A stretch of DNA of 64,000 nt from Bacteroidota bacterium (GTDB lineage Bacteria; Bacteroidota; Bacteroidia; Chitinophagales; Chitinophagaceae): the NCBI GenBank assembly GCA_016866355.1, contig VGMN01000007.1, positions 20,179 to 84,178 on the forward strand. Direction: 5' to 3'. The notes beneath the pieces were generated by a model. It saw nothing but the letters and a program-made list of their open reading frames with translations. It searched no databases and was not told the DNA's origin. Each line of letters opens with the position of its first letter. Position 1 is the first letter of the stretch. Made by a program: the position numbers and the translations under genes. This document shows positions 19,232 to 30,100 of the stretch, piece after piece.

Positions 19232-21391
19232 ATGATTTCTAGATATGCATTAGCCATTCTTTTACTATTTACCATACATAATGGATTCGCTCAAACTTAT
19301 ACCAAATGGGTAGATCCTTTTTTAGGAACAGGGGGACATGGCCATGTGTATCCTGGCGCTACCGTACCATTTGGCATGGTACAAGTAAGCCCAGATAATG
19401 GTGTGGAGGGCTGGGATTGGTGTAGCGGTTATCATTACAGCAGTACTACCATTGCGGGTTTTAGTCATACACATTTAAGTGGGACCGGTATTGGTGATTG
19501 GTGTGACATCTCTGTACTTCCCTTGACAGACACGACGCAAGTTGGTTCTAAAAAAATATTTATTCCCTTTCAACACCAAAATGAAAAGGCAGAACCTGGT
19601 TATTACAGTGTTATACTAGATAACAAAATAAAAGTAGAACTAACAGCCGCTGACAGAACTGGGTACCATCGCTACACATTTCCCGCAAATAAGGGTTGGG
19701 TTCGTTTTGACATGGGCTTTGCCATCAACTGGGACCAATCAACTGCAGGCCAACTTCAATTAATTGATTCATTTACGCTCGTGGGATATCGCTTTAGCAC
19801 TGGTTGGGCAAAAGGGCAAAAGGTTTTTTTTGCAGCGCGTTTCAATACACCCGTTCAGCAATTAGTTTTTATTGATGATTCCACGCATTCACGTTATCGT
19901 GCGGTGGGTAAACAAGTAAAAGCCTTGCTTGAATTCAACACTTCACAGCCCTTAGAATTTAGTGTGGCACTTAGCAGCGTTAGTACAGAGAAGGCGCAAA
20001 TGGAACTCTACAGCCAATTAAATAATCAATTTGATCAAGTAGCACAAAAAGCAACAAACCGCTGGGAAAGAGAATTAGAAAAAATAAAAATTGATACCAC
20101 TAACCGCGATCTAGCCATTCGTTTTTATACAGCGCTATACCGCACTTCATTAGCCCCGGTTGTTCAAAGTGATGCAGATGGACAATACCAAACACACGAC
20201 AACAAGATTCGTAGATTCACCAACGGTGTAAATAAGTATACCATTTTTTCGCAATGGGATGTATTTCGTGCTTCAAATCCACTTTTTACACTGCTTCAGC
20301 CAGAACGTTATAGGGACATGCTTAACAGCATGCTTGCTTTTTATGATGACAATGGGCTCCTACCCGTTTGGGATATTAGCACTTGGGAAGCCAATACAAT
20401 GACTGGGTATCACAGTGTGCCCATTCTGGCAGACGCCATTCTCAAAGAGATTAAAGGATTTGATATTTATAGAGCGTATGAAGCAATGAAAAAAAGTGCC
20501 AATCAATCCCAACGCGGAACACCGGCCTATCTGCAATATGGCTATGTACCCCATGACAAACATGGATGGAGTGTTACCACCACGTTGGAATATGCATTTG
20601 ATGATTGGTGTATTGCGCAAGTTGCAAAAAAGCTGGGTCGACATGCTGACTTCCAACTATACAGCCAACGCGCCAACTCATATAAAGCACTTTTTGACTC
20701 CACTACAGGATTTTTTAGAGCCCGCTTGAGTAATGGACAATTTAAAGAACCTTTTGATCCCTTATTAAGTGAGCACGGCTTTGAAGGACAATATATAGAG
20801 GGAACAGCGTGGCAGCATAGTTTTTTTGTTCCGCATGATGTAGAGGGCTTTGCTCGTTTACACGGAGGAAAAGAAAAGCTACTACAAAAACTAGACTCAC
20901 TTTTTACAGCCCCATCAGAGTTACATGGTCAGGATGTGTCGATAGATGTAACGGGATTAATTGGTCAATATGCACATGGAAATGAGCCAAGTCACCATAT
21001 CATTTATTTATACACGGCCCTGGGCGCTCCAGAAAAAGCAGCCCATTGGGTTAGGGTTGTAGCGGATAGCATGTACAAAAATGGGCCCGATGGTCTAACC
21101 GGCAATGATGACTGTGGACAGATGAGTGCTTGGTATATATGGTCTTCACTGGGAATGTATCCACTTAATCCCGCATCAGGCCAATACGTATTTGGATTGC
21201 CCCTTATTAAGGAAGCAGTGATTGAGTTGACACAAAATAAAAAAGTAAAAATTCAGGTATTAACTATACCTGGACAAGGAAAAAAAGGAATTGCAAAAGT
21301 GAAATGGAATAAAAAAGAAATTCCACTGTATGCCATTTCACATCAACAATTACAAGAGGGAGGCACATTGACTTATTATGTGTATGAGTAA
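19232..21391 (+). CDS. GH92 alpha-mannosidase family protein
   Basis: GTGGHGHVYPGATVPFGMVQ, FSHTHLSGTG, EGTAWQH (acid), HGNEPSHH and GNDDCGQMSAW (base). Confidence 0.93.
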   Translation: MISRYALAILLLFTIHNGFAQTYTKWVDPFLGTGGHGHVYPGATVPFGMVQVSPDNGVEGWDWCSGYHYSSTTIAGFSHTHLSGTGIGDWCDISVLPLTDTTQVGSKKIFIPFQHQNEKAEPGYYSVILDNKIKVELTAADRTGYHRYTFPANKGWVRFDMGFAINWDQSTAGQLQLIDSFTLVGYRFSTGWAKGQKVFFAARFNTPVQQLVFIDDSTHSRYRAVGKQVKALLEFNTSQPLEFSVALSSVSTEKAQMELYSQLNNQFDQVAQKATNRWERELEKIKIDTTNRDLAIRFYTALYRTSLAPVVQSDADGQYQTHDNKIRRFTNGVNKYTIFSQWDVFRASNPLFTLLQPERYRDMLNSMLAFYDDNGLLPVWDISTWEANTMTGYHSVPILADAILKEIKGFDIYRAYEAMKKSANQSQRGTPAYLQYGYVPHDKHGWSVTTTLEYAFDDWCIAQVAKKLGRHADFQLYSQRANSYKALFDSTTGFFRARLSNGQFKEPFDPLLSEHGFEGQYIEGTAWQHSFFVPHDVEGFARLHGGKEKLLQKLDSLFTAPSELHGQDVSIDVTGLIGQYAHGNEPSHHIIYLYTALGAPEKAAHWVRVVADSMYKNGPDGLTGNDDCGQMSAWYIWSSLGMYPLNPASGQYVFGLPLIKEAVIELTQNKKVKIQVLTIPGQGKKGIAKVKWNKKEIPLYAISHQQLQEGGTLTYYVYE

Positions 21392-23873
21392 AATAAATAA
21401 CCAAGTAATAAACAAGCATGGTGTTGCACTCCTTGTATTATTCCTCACACCCCTTATCAGCTTTGCACAATTTCAAGGAAAACTCATACCTAAGAAAGGC
21501 TTATTTGTTAACCAAGGTTCACTGCAATGGGCCATGGGCTCTGAAATCAATTTTCTTGATGCTGACAGACAACATCATGCATATTATTTTACATGGTGGG
21601 AACAAGATGCCGATACTAGCAATCCTGCTCAAGATATTTTATTTATTGGCAGCGCCAATACAGCAGTACAAGGCACATTTACGTTAGCAAAAAGTGAAAC
21701 AAAGTTAAAAACAACACTTGCCTGTACGTGGAATAATAGCACAGCAGGCGTTTGTGATTTATTGTATACCCGTCTTTGGTATCCCTTTTTTACGCAGGCT
21801 ACCTGGAGTAACAAAGAGGGTAAATTACTTAAGCATATCGAAAAAGAATTTGAGGACACTGTCTTAGTTGCCCAAACTCCCTTTGGTGTTTATCGATTCA
21901 GCTCCTCTCATCCTTTCTTGATACAATTAGACACGGCTCTTCATCCGCAAGAAACAGCCTTTACTGTTCGTTCACAGTTTATAAAAATCTTTAATCGCTC
22001 AATTAACTTAAGTGAAAAAGAAAATTTAGTACGAACATTTAGTATTGAGCTAATGGAAGCCCCCTTCAATCATAGAAAGAACCCATACCAGATTAAAGAT
22101 TCATTAGTAACTACAGATAAGTTATGGGAACCGCCAAGCGGAAAGCTCTTATTGCTTCCTAAACCAGCGGAGTGGGTTGCTAAAAGCGGTTTTACCACCA
22201 TCCCCACTTCTCAAAAACATTTAACTGATAGTAACCTTCGCTATTTTAATGAAGTGGCTAGTCGTTACTGGAAAACCAATAAAAATCTGCAACCTGCCTG
22301 GAGATTAATAAAAGATTCACTACTTCCTGTTGAGGGATACACCCTGTTCATTGAAGACAGTATATTCATTAGCTATGCCACTCCCAGTGGACTACAACAT
22401 GCCATAGAAACACTTGGTCAGTTAATAGAACAAAAAGAGCAGCAGCTAGTTTTGAAAAATGCAGTCATAAAAGACCAACCACAGAATAGTTGGCGTGGCA
22501 TACACATGTTCACCGGTCCACAGAGCTTAGCATTACATCAAAAAATGTATCAGCAGATTTTACAGCCGTTAAAAATCAACAAGGTGGTGTTACAATGCGA
22601 GCAAGCAACCTGGAATTCCTTTCCTTCGATACATAATGCCATCAGTATAAATAGGGCTGATCTAGCAGCAGAGTTTGCCTATTTACGCAAACACCATATC
22701 GAACCCATTCCTTTAATACAAAGTTTAGGACATATGGAATGGTTTTTCAAACCAATTGAAAACCGCTTCTTAGCCATAAATCCATCGTATCCCTATACAC
22801 TAAATGTTACGCAGCGTAAAGGGAAAAAGGCAATGTTAGTTCTTTGGAAGGAGGCTATTGAACTTTTACAGCCTCAAACAATACATGTGGGGTTTGATGA
22901 AATTGGAATGATTGGTTTTCATTGGCCAAGAGAAAAAGAATTACAATTATTTAAGCAACAACTTAACCGCTTAGACCGATTTAGCAAGAAAAGAAAACTA
23001 GGTTTAATGATTTGGGGAGATATGGGACTTGCTCCCGGAGAGGCCCCAGACGCGTGTAACGGAGTGAACAAAGAAAGAGCCGCTGCTATCAGAGCCAGCA
23101 TTCCAAAAAATACATGGATTGTTGACTGGCACTACCTGGGCAACCCTGATCCCAATGCGTATTTACCTTCTATTCAACTTTGGAAAAGAGAAGGATTTCG
23201 CCCCCTTGCCTCTCCTTGGTTTATTCCTAATAATATTAGAGGCTTTGCTATGGCTGCTAATCAAGAAAATGCTGGAATACTTCAAACAACCTGGGCAGAT
23301 TTTGAAAGCAGCGAGGTTAATATGCTGAAAAACATTGAGCAATTTGGTGCGTATGTACTAGCCTTGGATTACGCTTGGAGCGGTAGAAAAGAATTACCCA
23401 ATGAACTCCCTTACCAAGGTGTCACCGAATGGACACAACGATTCTACCGACAACCATTTCCTATTGCTACTAAAGTGGGAAAAAAATGGAATGGTTCAAT
23501 TTCAATGGAAAACCTAACTGATTTAGGGGCACAAGCGCTACCCAATCAACTTGTATTTACAATGGAGAATAATCAACAGGTAGAAGGAATTAAATTAAAA
23601 GGGAGCACGGCACTGATTCTGCCTGAATCAACGCCAGTTGCAATAGTAACGGGATGGAGAGATGGGCTAGTTGAATTTTCAATCCCACTGCTTTACGGAA
23701 GAGATATTCGTGCAACGCAGGACAAACGCCCCATTTACGTAGCTATAAAAGAAAAAGGAGAAAAAGAGTGGTATCATTTCCTTACAGAATCCAAAAAAGT
23801 GGATAGAATTGAAATAAAACAGATCCACCCAGGTGCTGGAATACAATTAACAGAAGTTGGATTCATACAATAA
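21384..23873 (+). CDS. GH20-like beta-N-acetylhexosaminidase with extra N- and C-terminal domains
   Basis: GH20b-like segment EGYTL...GLQHAIETLGQL, then DQPQNSWRGIH, PLIQSLGH and catalytic IHVGFDE. Confidence 0.8.
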   Translation: MSKINNQVINKHGVALLVLFLTPLISFAQFQGKLIPKKGLFVNQGSLQWAMGSEINFLDADRQHHAYYFTWWEQDADTSNPAQDILFIGSANTAVQGTFTLAKSETKLKTTLACTWNNSTAGVCDLLYTRLWYPFFTQATWSNKEGKLLKHIEKEFEDTVLVAQTPFGVYRFSSSHPFLIQLDTALHPQETAFTVRSQFIKIFNRSINLSEKENLVRTFSIELMEAPFNHRKNPYQIKDSLVTTDKLWEPPSGKLLLLPKPAEWVAKSGFTTIPTSQKHLTDSNLRYFNEVASRYWKTNKNLQPAWRLIKDSLLPVEGYTLFIEDSIFISYATPSGLQHAIETLGQLIEQKEQQLVLKNAVIKDQPQNSWRGIHMFTGPQSLALHQKMYQQILQPLKINKVVLQCEQATWNSFPSIHNAISINRADLAAEFAYLRKHHIEPIPLIQSLGHMEWFFKPIENRFLAINPSYPYTLNVTQRKGKKAMLVLWKEAIELLQPQTIHVGFDEIGMIGFHWPREKELQLFKQQLNRLDRFSKKRKLGLMIWGDMGLAPGEAPDACNGVNKERAAAIRASIPKNTWIVDWHYLGNPDPNAYLPSIQLWKREGFRPLASPWFIPNNIRGFAMAANQENAGILQTTWADFESSEVNMLKNIEQFGAYVLALDYAWSGRKELPNELPYQGVTEWTQRFYRQPFPIATKVGKKWNGSISMENLTDLGAQALPNQLVFTMENNQQVEGIKLKGSTALILPESTPVAIVTGWRDGLVEFSIPLLYGRDIRATQDKRPIYVAIKEKGEKEWYHFLTESKKVDRIEIKQIHPGAGIQLTEVGFIQ

Positions 23874-23874
23874 G

Positions 23875-25290
23875 CTAGCTTCGCCAGATCCATTTCCTTT
23901 GATTGAAATACAATGTTATTGTACTTACCATAGCAGTAAAAATAATACCCTTTAGTAAACCTTGCCAAGGTGCATGCGCCCAAGTACCCCATTGATCAAG
24001 CACATTACTAAGCGCAAATAATGGAAGTAGCAATAGTGAGCCTGCTACGTAGGCTACTAATGGATTTTTGCCAAGCCCTGCTAAGATTTTCCAACATACT
24101 TTAGTCCAGTTGCAAGCAACTATATCTCTGATAACAACAAGTCCAAAAAAACTGTATGCGCTGGTAATAAAATAATAACTAAATGTAGAGGGATCTTTTT
24201 TTATTCCACCCTCATAGGGCTCCAACACTAATCCAATCAACAAGAAAAAAAGACCATACCTGGCCAATACGTAAGACAAAGAGGTATCCTGCAACAAATA
24301 CTTCCGGCATATCACTAGAAGAAGTAGTGCAAGCCACAATATCCAACAAAGCATTTCTTGATTTCGCATAAAAAGCAATGCAAGCAGTAGCGCCAGCAAA
24401 AACAAAATAAGTATTGACCAGGCTCCCAATAGAAACGTCATTCCCCCTTTCGATTCATTCTTATTTTTTAAAAATAGTTCGCCAGCCCAACTACCTGGTA
24501 CGATAATAAATAAGTACTTTAAAAAGTAAAACTTATAAGCCCAATCAAAAGTAAGACCCCCAATGGAGCGAAAATTGAAAAAAGATTTTACGACATGATC
24601 TCCTGTTTCTCTAGCACTTAAAATTACAGCAGCAACTACTACAAGCACAGCAATACGCCATGAAGGATGATCAGCAGTAAACAAATAAATAAGGGTGCCA
24701 AAAAAAGCCATGTTCGCTAATACAACAATGATAATATCGCTTCGATAAAAATCAAAGCCACCCCCATCATGGAAAGGCAGTCGATACAGCAGGATTCCTG
24801 CCATCAGGTAAGACATTGGCTTTATCCACTTCAACCAATTCCAAACTCCTGTTTTTTTAAAATCAAATAGCTGGCCAAATAATAATACAAAAGCCAAAAT
24901 GGAAAGTACTTGATCGGTATTACCAGGATTCTTACTAAGCACCCACGCTTTCATGTGTTGTGAGAAAAGTGCAAAAAATAGTAGCTGAAAAAATCTTCTG
25001 CCTGCTACGCCAAGTAAGTTCACCCGAGTTGTTCCCCTTTCCAATTGCGTGTGTAAGGAAAGAGGTATTGCAGCACCCATACAGAATAAGAAAAAAGGAA
25101 ACACAAGATCAACCCATGTAATCCCTGCTCGGGTCGGTTCAAATTGGTGAAGAGGTGGCGGCACTTGCGCATGATACATCCAAGCAGGCAAGAGTCCTCC
25201 AAATGCAATACTTCCAGATAGTACCATTCCAAAAATAGCAACACCTCTTAATACATCTAGCTCTATCACTCGGCCAGTGCGGTTTGTCAT
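23875..25290 (-). CDS. DUF5009 / HGSNAT-NagX-like polytopic membrane acetyltransferase
   Basis: ELDVLRGVAIFGMVL, GITWVDLVFPFFLFCMG and IKKDPST. Start reassigned to the ATG at 25290 because the longer ORF start lies across a terminator. Confidence 0.82.
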   Translation of the reverse strand: MTNRTGRVIELDVLRGVAIFGMVLSGSIAFGGLLPAWMYHAQVPPPLHQFEPTRAGITWVDLVFPFFLFCMGAAIPLSLHTQLERGTTRVNLLGVAGRRFFQLLFFALFSQHMKAWVLSKNPGNTDQVLSILAFVLLFGQLFDFKKTGVWNWLKWIKPMSYLMAGILLYRLPFHDGGGFDFYRSDIIIVVLANMAFFGTLIYLFTADHPSWRIAVLVVVAAVILSARETGDHVVKSFFNFRSIGGLTFDWAYKFYFLKYLFIIVPGSWAGELFLKNKNESKGGMTFLLGAWSILILFLLALLLALLFMRNQEMLCWILWLALLLLVICRKYLLQDTSLSYVLARYGLFFLLIGLVLEPYEGGIKKDPSTFSYYFITSAYSFFGLVVIRDIVACNWTKVCWKILAGLGKNPLVAYVAGSLLLLPLFALSNVLDQWGTWAHAPWQGLLKGIIFTAMVSTITLYFNQRKWIWRS

Positions 25291-25315
25291 ATAGAAGCTA
25301 TTTAAATTCAAAGTA

Positions 25316-25347
25316 ATAAAAAAGGGGCACTTTAACGAGTGCCCCTT
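25316..25347 (-). terminator. Intrinsic terminator after susD
   Basis: Minus-strand 10-bp stem AAGGGGCACT-cgttaa-AGTGCCCCTT followed by a T run, 19 nt after the susD stop. Confidence 0.85.
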
Positions 25348-25365
25348 CCTTTTAAAAACAATCAA

Positions 25366-27147
25366 TTATTGCCACCCAGGATTTTGTGTAATATTTTTAT
25401 TTTTATCAATTTCTCCCTGTGGAATTGGCCATAGTTTGTACTTAGGATTTGTATTCACACGTGTTTGTGCGCGTGTTTTTAATCGCTTAGTAATGCTGGC
25501 AGCAGAATACACAGGTAACCCATTTGCATCAAATGAAGGTCGCTCTGCCGGATCAGCAGGATTAAGTGAAACACCCACTACAGGCATAGAATTTGCAACT
25601 GCATAGAGATCCCAACGTCTGAGATCAATCAAACGTAATCCCTCACCAGCAAACTCAACAGCTCTTTCACGACGAACTAAATTACGCAACTCCGCTGCAG
25701 AACCTCCTGTTACAGCAGGCTGCCCCGCACGGCTACGTACCGCATTAATAGCAGAAAGCACGGTCGCATCTGTTTCGCCCAACTCAATCTTTGCTTCGGC
25801 ATAGGTTAACAGAATCTCCGCGTAACGCATGTTGATGTATCCTGTTTTAGTTGTCCAGGAATACTGTGTTGAGTCTACATACTTTCTCCATACATAACCT
25901 ACCCCTCCACTAGAACCCGTTGCGCCTGCAAACCAAGGAGAGACTAAGTAGCCAATCCAATCAATATTATTAGCTACAGCATCAAACCGGTTAGTGTTCC
26001 AATTAAACTTGAAACGAGTGTTAGAATAAACATTAAATATTGTGCGTTCTTTAGGTTGAACATACGGCAAAGATGGAGCTAATGCAGTGTTGTGTACCAT
26101 TGTGTCTCCCTGCATGTACACAGTCCAAGCAAGACGTTTATCTCGATTTTGAGAGGGATTCGCCTGATTGTAAACAGCTGACTGATCAATTCGCTTACCA
26201 TCCCTCCCTTCATATGAATCCACTAACTGTTGGCTTGGGAAATGACTACTCTGTGAAGTACCAACCTGGCGGGGTATAGTTAAAACAATTCCCCAATTTT
26301 GGGGATCTAGTATGTCTGTAGGATACGTCTGTACATACATTAACTCACGGTTAACATTCGAACGCTGTCCTGCTAACATAAATAAATCAGTGTAACGTGG
26401 ATTCAACCCGTAAGCATTAGAGCTGATAATTGTTTGTGTAGCGGCTTTTGCCGTTGCATAATCTTTTATCAACATGGCTAAACGGGCTTTTAGTCCTAAA
26501 GCCACCCCCTTGTTAACACGACCATATTCAATAACAGGCGCTGCGCTGGATTGATCAAAGCCAGTAGCCGCTTCATCTAAATCACGATACAAATCAGCCA
26601 CAACCGTTGCCACTTTTGTGCGGCCGATTGTTTCATATTCACTGGGATCTAATGGCTTTCTAAAATAGACGGGATCACCAAACCAGCCCATGATATAATA
26701 ATATCCCCACGCACGTAACACTAAAGCTTCAGCGCGTAGTCTTGCATAACGAGCAGCCGACACATTAACCTGCCCCTTAGTCATTCCATCAAGCATAATA
26801 TTAGCGCGCGTAACGAGCTTGTACGCTTGATTCCAGGAAGTCCCGGGCAAAGAGTTACCAATTAAGAACGGACCTCCATCTCCCATAGCAACTTGGTCCT
26901 CGGCATTACCCGTGCGTTTGATTGCCAAATCAGTGGAGGACTCAATTGCAAAAAGCAAGGGAGTATTGTTAGGGAACTGCCAGAAAGCTGCCGCATACAC
27001 ACCATTAAGTGCCAGGTTCATTTCGTCCTCCGTTTGCATAAATGTGGCCGAGGAGGCGCTATCCAATGGTTGGCGGTCCAAGAACTTGTTACAGCCAGAT
27101 GCAACCAGCACTGCCGTAAACAACAGTATTGAACTTATCTTTTTCAT
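25366..27147 (-). CDS. susD: SusD/RagB nutrient-binding lipoprotein
   Basis: Lipobox SGC-NKFLDRQP. EALVLRAWGY, RYAEILLTYAEA, ERAVEFAGEGLRLIDLRRW and C-terminal LWPIPQGEI...QNPGW. Confidence 0.95.
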   Translation of the reverse strand: MKKISSILLFTAVLVASGCNKFLDRQPLDSASSATFMQTEDEMNLALNGVYAAAFWQFPNNTPLLFAIESSTDLAIKRTGNAEDQVAMGDGGPFLIGNSLPGTSWNQAYKLVTRANIMLDGMTKGQVNVSAARYARLRAEALVLRAWGYYYIMGWFGDPVYFRKPLDPSEYETIGRTKVATVVADLYRDLDEAATGFDQSSAAPVIEYGRVNKGVALGLKARLAMLIKDYATAKAATQTIISSNAYGLNPRYTDLFMLAGQRSNVNRELMYVQTYPTDILDPQNWGIVLTIPRQVGTSQSSHFPSQQLVDSYEGRDGKRIDQSAVYNQANPSQNRDKRLAWTVYMQGDTMVHNTALAPSLPYVQPKERTIFNVYSNTRFKFNWNTNRFDAVANNIDWIGYLVSPWFAGATGSSGGVGYVWRKYVDSTQYSWTTKTGYINMRYAEILLTYAEAKIELGETDATVLSAINAVRSRAGQPAVTGGSAAELRNLVRRERAVEFAGEGLRLIDLRRWDLYAVANSMPVVGVSLNPADPAERPSFDANGLPVYSAASITKRLKTRAQTRVNTNPKYKLWPIPQGEIDKNKNITQNPGWQ

Positions 27148-27164
27148 ATACTAATTTTTTTTGT

Positions 27165-30100
27165 TTAGAAGTTGATGTTTACACCTACAGTCATTGTACG
27201 CATCAGCGGATAAAATTCTGCGTTGGCATTATTGATCTCTGGATCAAATCCATCCCATGCATTTGTCAAGGTGAGTAAATTTTGTCCACTGATAAACACT
27301 TTGGCTCCACTCAGCGGCATACCTGATTTGTTGAACCAGCTGGCGGGAACACGGTAAGCGATATTTACATTCTTCAAACGCAAGAAAGAAGCGTCGCGAA
27401 CCCAGTGCGAGGAAGCTACATAGTTGTTGCCTCCACTTCCGGATGGCAACAAACGTGGAAAGCGGGCATTAGGGTTAGAAGCAGTCCAGTAGTCCTTATG
27501 ATGTTTCAATAAAGAAGCCGCAAAATCACTGCTGGCAAATGGAACAGCACCCGTACCACTGTAATAGTTGTTACGCATTCCAACACCCTGGCCAAAAATG
27601 CTGATATCTAAATTTCCAAAAGATAAATTCAGATTTAAACTGTACTCGTAACGTGGGAAGTTGTTACCAATGAATGTTCTGTCAAAGTTGTCAACCTTGC
27701 CATCAGGCTTACCATCAGGCCCACTTATATCAGCATACTTTACATCTCCAGGCTTGGAACCCACAGTTGGATTGGAACTCCAGGCCGTACCAAATTGTAC
27801 AGGTGAATTTTTGACATCATTGGAATCAGCAAAATAACCAATAGACTGATATCCAAAATAAGACCACAGCGCTTGACCAGGAGCGGTGCGAATAGATCCA
27901 CCATCTAAAAAAGGAACACCTGGAAGCGTTAATACCTTGTTGCGAACATCAGAGATCATTGCAGTTACATCCAACTTCACTTTTGCAGATAACGCCTTTT
28001 TATAATTAGCGCTAAACTCCCATCCACGATTCTCCATAGAGCCGGCGTTTATAAATGGAGCATTCAATCCAACATAGTTAGGAATCGGACGGCTCAGCAA
28101 CATCTGATCCACTTTACGGCGATATATTTCAGCCGTAAGGGTCAAGTTATTTTTAATTGTTAGGTCTAATCCAATATTTGCTTGTTCGGATTGCTCCCAA
28201 GTGATGTTTGGATTAGGAGCATCCAATAAAGCATAACCCAATGTGTTTACATTATTGATATAGTTATTCGTACCATTAATTGGATTTGAATAGGTAGAGG
28301 TACCAAAGTTTACTGCAAATGGATAGATCTCTGGTAATGCTTGGTTACCCAAAACACCCCAAGAACCTCTTAACTTACCAAAAGTGATTACATTAGAGAG
28401 ACCCGCAAAGAAATTCTCTCTGCTGAATATCCAACCAGCAGAAGCTGATGGGAAAAAGCCCCATTGCTTATCTAACTCTTGGGAGAAACGGGAAGAGCCA
28501 TCATAACGACCATTTACTTCAATAAAATACTTGTCATCATAATTGTAATTCAACCGTGCATAGAAACCTGCCAATGCTGTCTCATAGGCAGAACCACCAT
28601 TGTTAATATTTCCACTTCCCAAACTCAAATAAGGTTGGTTAGGATTAAGAAACCCAGTTCTAGACGCAGAAATTCCAGAGAAAGTAAATTCCTCTGTTTG
28701 GGCACCTCCCAAAAGCTTTATAGAATTAGCACCAAAACGTTTTGTCCAGGTAGCCTGTGCTAAATAGGTAGTACGAACGTTGGTTGAGTAAGACTCACCC
28801 AAACTTGTAGAACCAGGCCATACACCAACTTTATCATATCCCAATGTGGCAAGGTTAGGAACATAGATGTCTACATTCTTCACAAAAGATTTTCCATTAG
28901 GGGTCCAAAACTCACGAGCCCAGTAACCTTCAATTTCTAGGTTATTTACCGGCTTATAATTGAAACCAACTTTTGTGAGCATGGTATTATTACGAGAAAC
29001 AGAAGTACCTGCAGCCTCCGCCATAGCAAGCGGGTTTCTATTGTTTGTTTGTCCAGCAGTTCCATATATACCAGGTCCATATTTACCACCTCCTACAGCA
29101 GGCAAACCAATCGCCTGACGAATAATAAACTCTGGAGAACCAGTAGAGGGTGCAGTTGTTCTGCTACTATTAATATTCAATAGACCATTGATGCTTAACT
29201 TATCGTTTAGTTTAAAATCAGGATTAAAACGAAGGTCATAGCGCTGGTGGCTATTATTAGGTACTAAACCTTGCTGATTCAAATAAGTAATAGAAGCAAA
29301 AATGTTAGAATTATCACCTGCAGAATTAATAGTGACGTTATGATTCTGCATCAATCCAGTATTGGAAAGTAATAAACCCAGCCAATCTGTATCAATTACA
29401 TCCAAATTATTTGGCGCTGTTGTCTTATACTTATCAATAAGTGCTTGTGTAAAAAGAAAAGCATTTGGATTACCAGTTCTGTTACGTTCAGCAAGATTGC
29501 TCAACTCCATATGGTCAACTGCGGTAGTGCGCTCTGGAATGGCTGTTGCATCTTGTTTGCTTAAAAAAGCATTATAAGACACCTGTACTCCTTTACCTTT
29601 TGCTCTTTTGGTTTTAACAAGCACTACTCCATTAGCAGCACGTGCACCATAGATAGCTGTGGAAGCAGCATCTTTTAAAATTGTAATACTCTCAATAGCG
29701 TTAGGGTCAATCATATCAAACCCAGACACTACTCCATCCACCATAATTAGTGGACTTTGTCCAGCGTAAATTGAACCAAGACCCCGTATACGAATGGAAG
29801 CACCATCTGCACCAGGACGTCCTGATTGTTGTTGCACCGTTACACCAGGAGCTAAGCCTTGCAATAAGTTGCTAGCGGTAGCTACCTGACGCTTAGTCAA
29901 ATCCTCCTGCTTCAATGTAACAACAGATCCAGTCAATGTTGCTTTTCGTTGCTGGCCATATCCTACCACTACTACCTCAGATAAGGTGTTGTTGGTAGCA
30001 TCTAACTTAACCTGCAATGAAGTGCCACTAACCTTCACTTCTTTGTTGGTAAGTCCTACGCTGCTGAATACTAGTGTCTCTCCTGCACCAGCGGCGATAA

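Noticed and set aside
25291-25365. ORF-track 5' extension of the DUF5009 gene (similar extensions for the SpoU gene, mutS, mgtE, crcB, ykgJ, HMA and sprE)
   Set aside because: These extensions run across terminators, promoter motifs or neighbouring genes; downstream ATGs give better starts.
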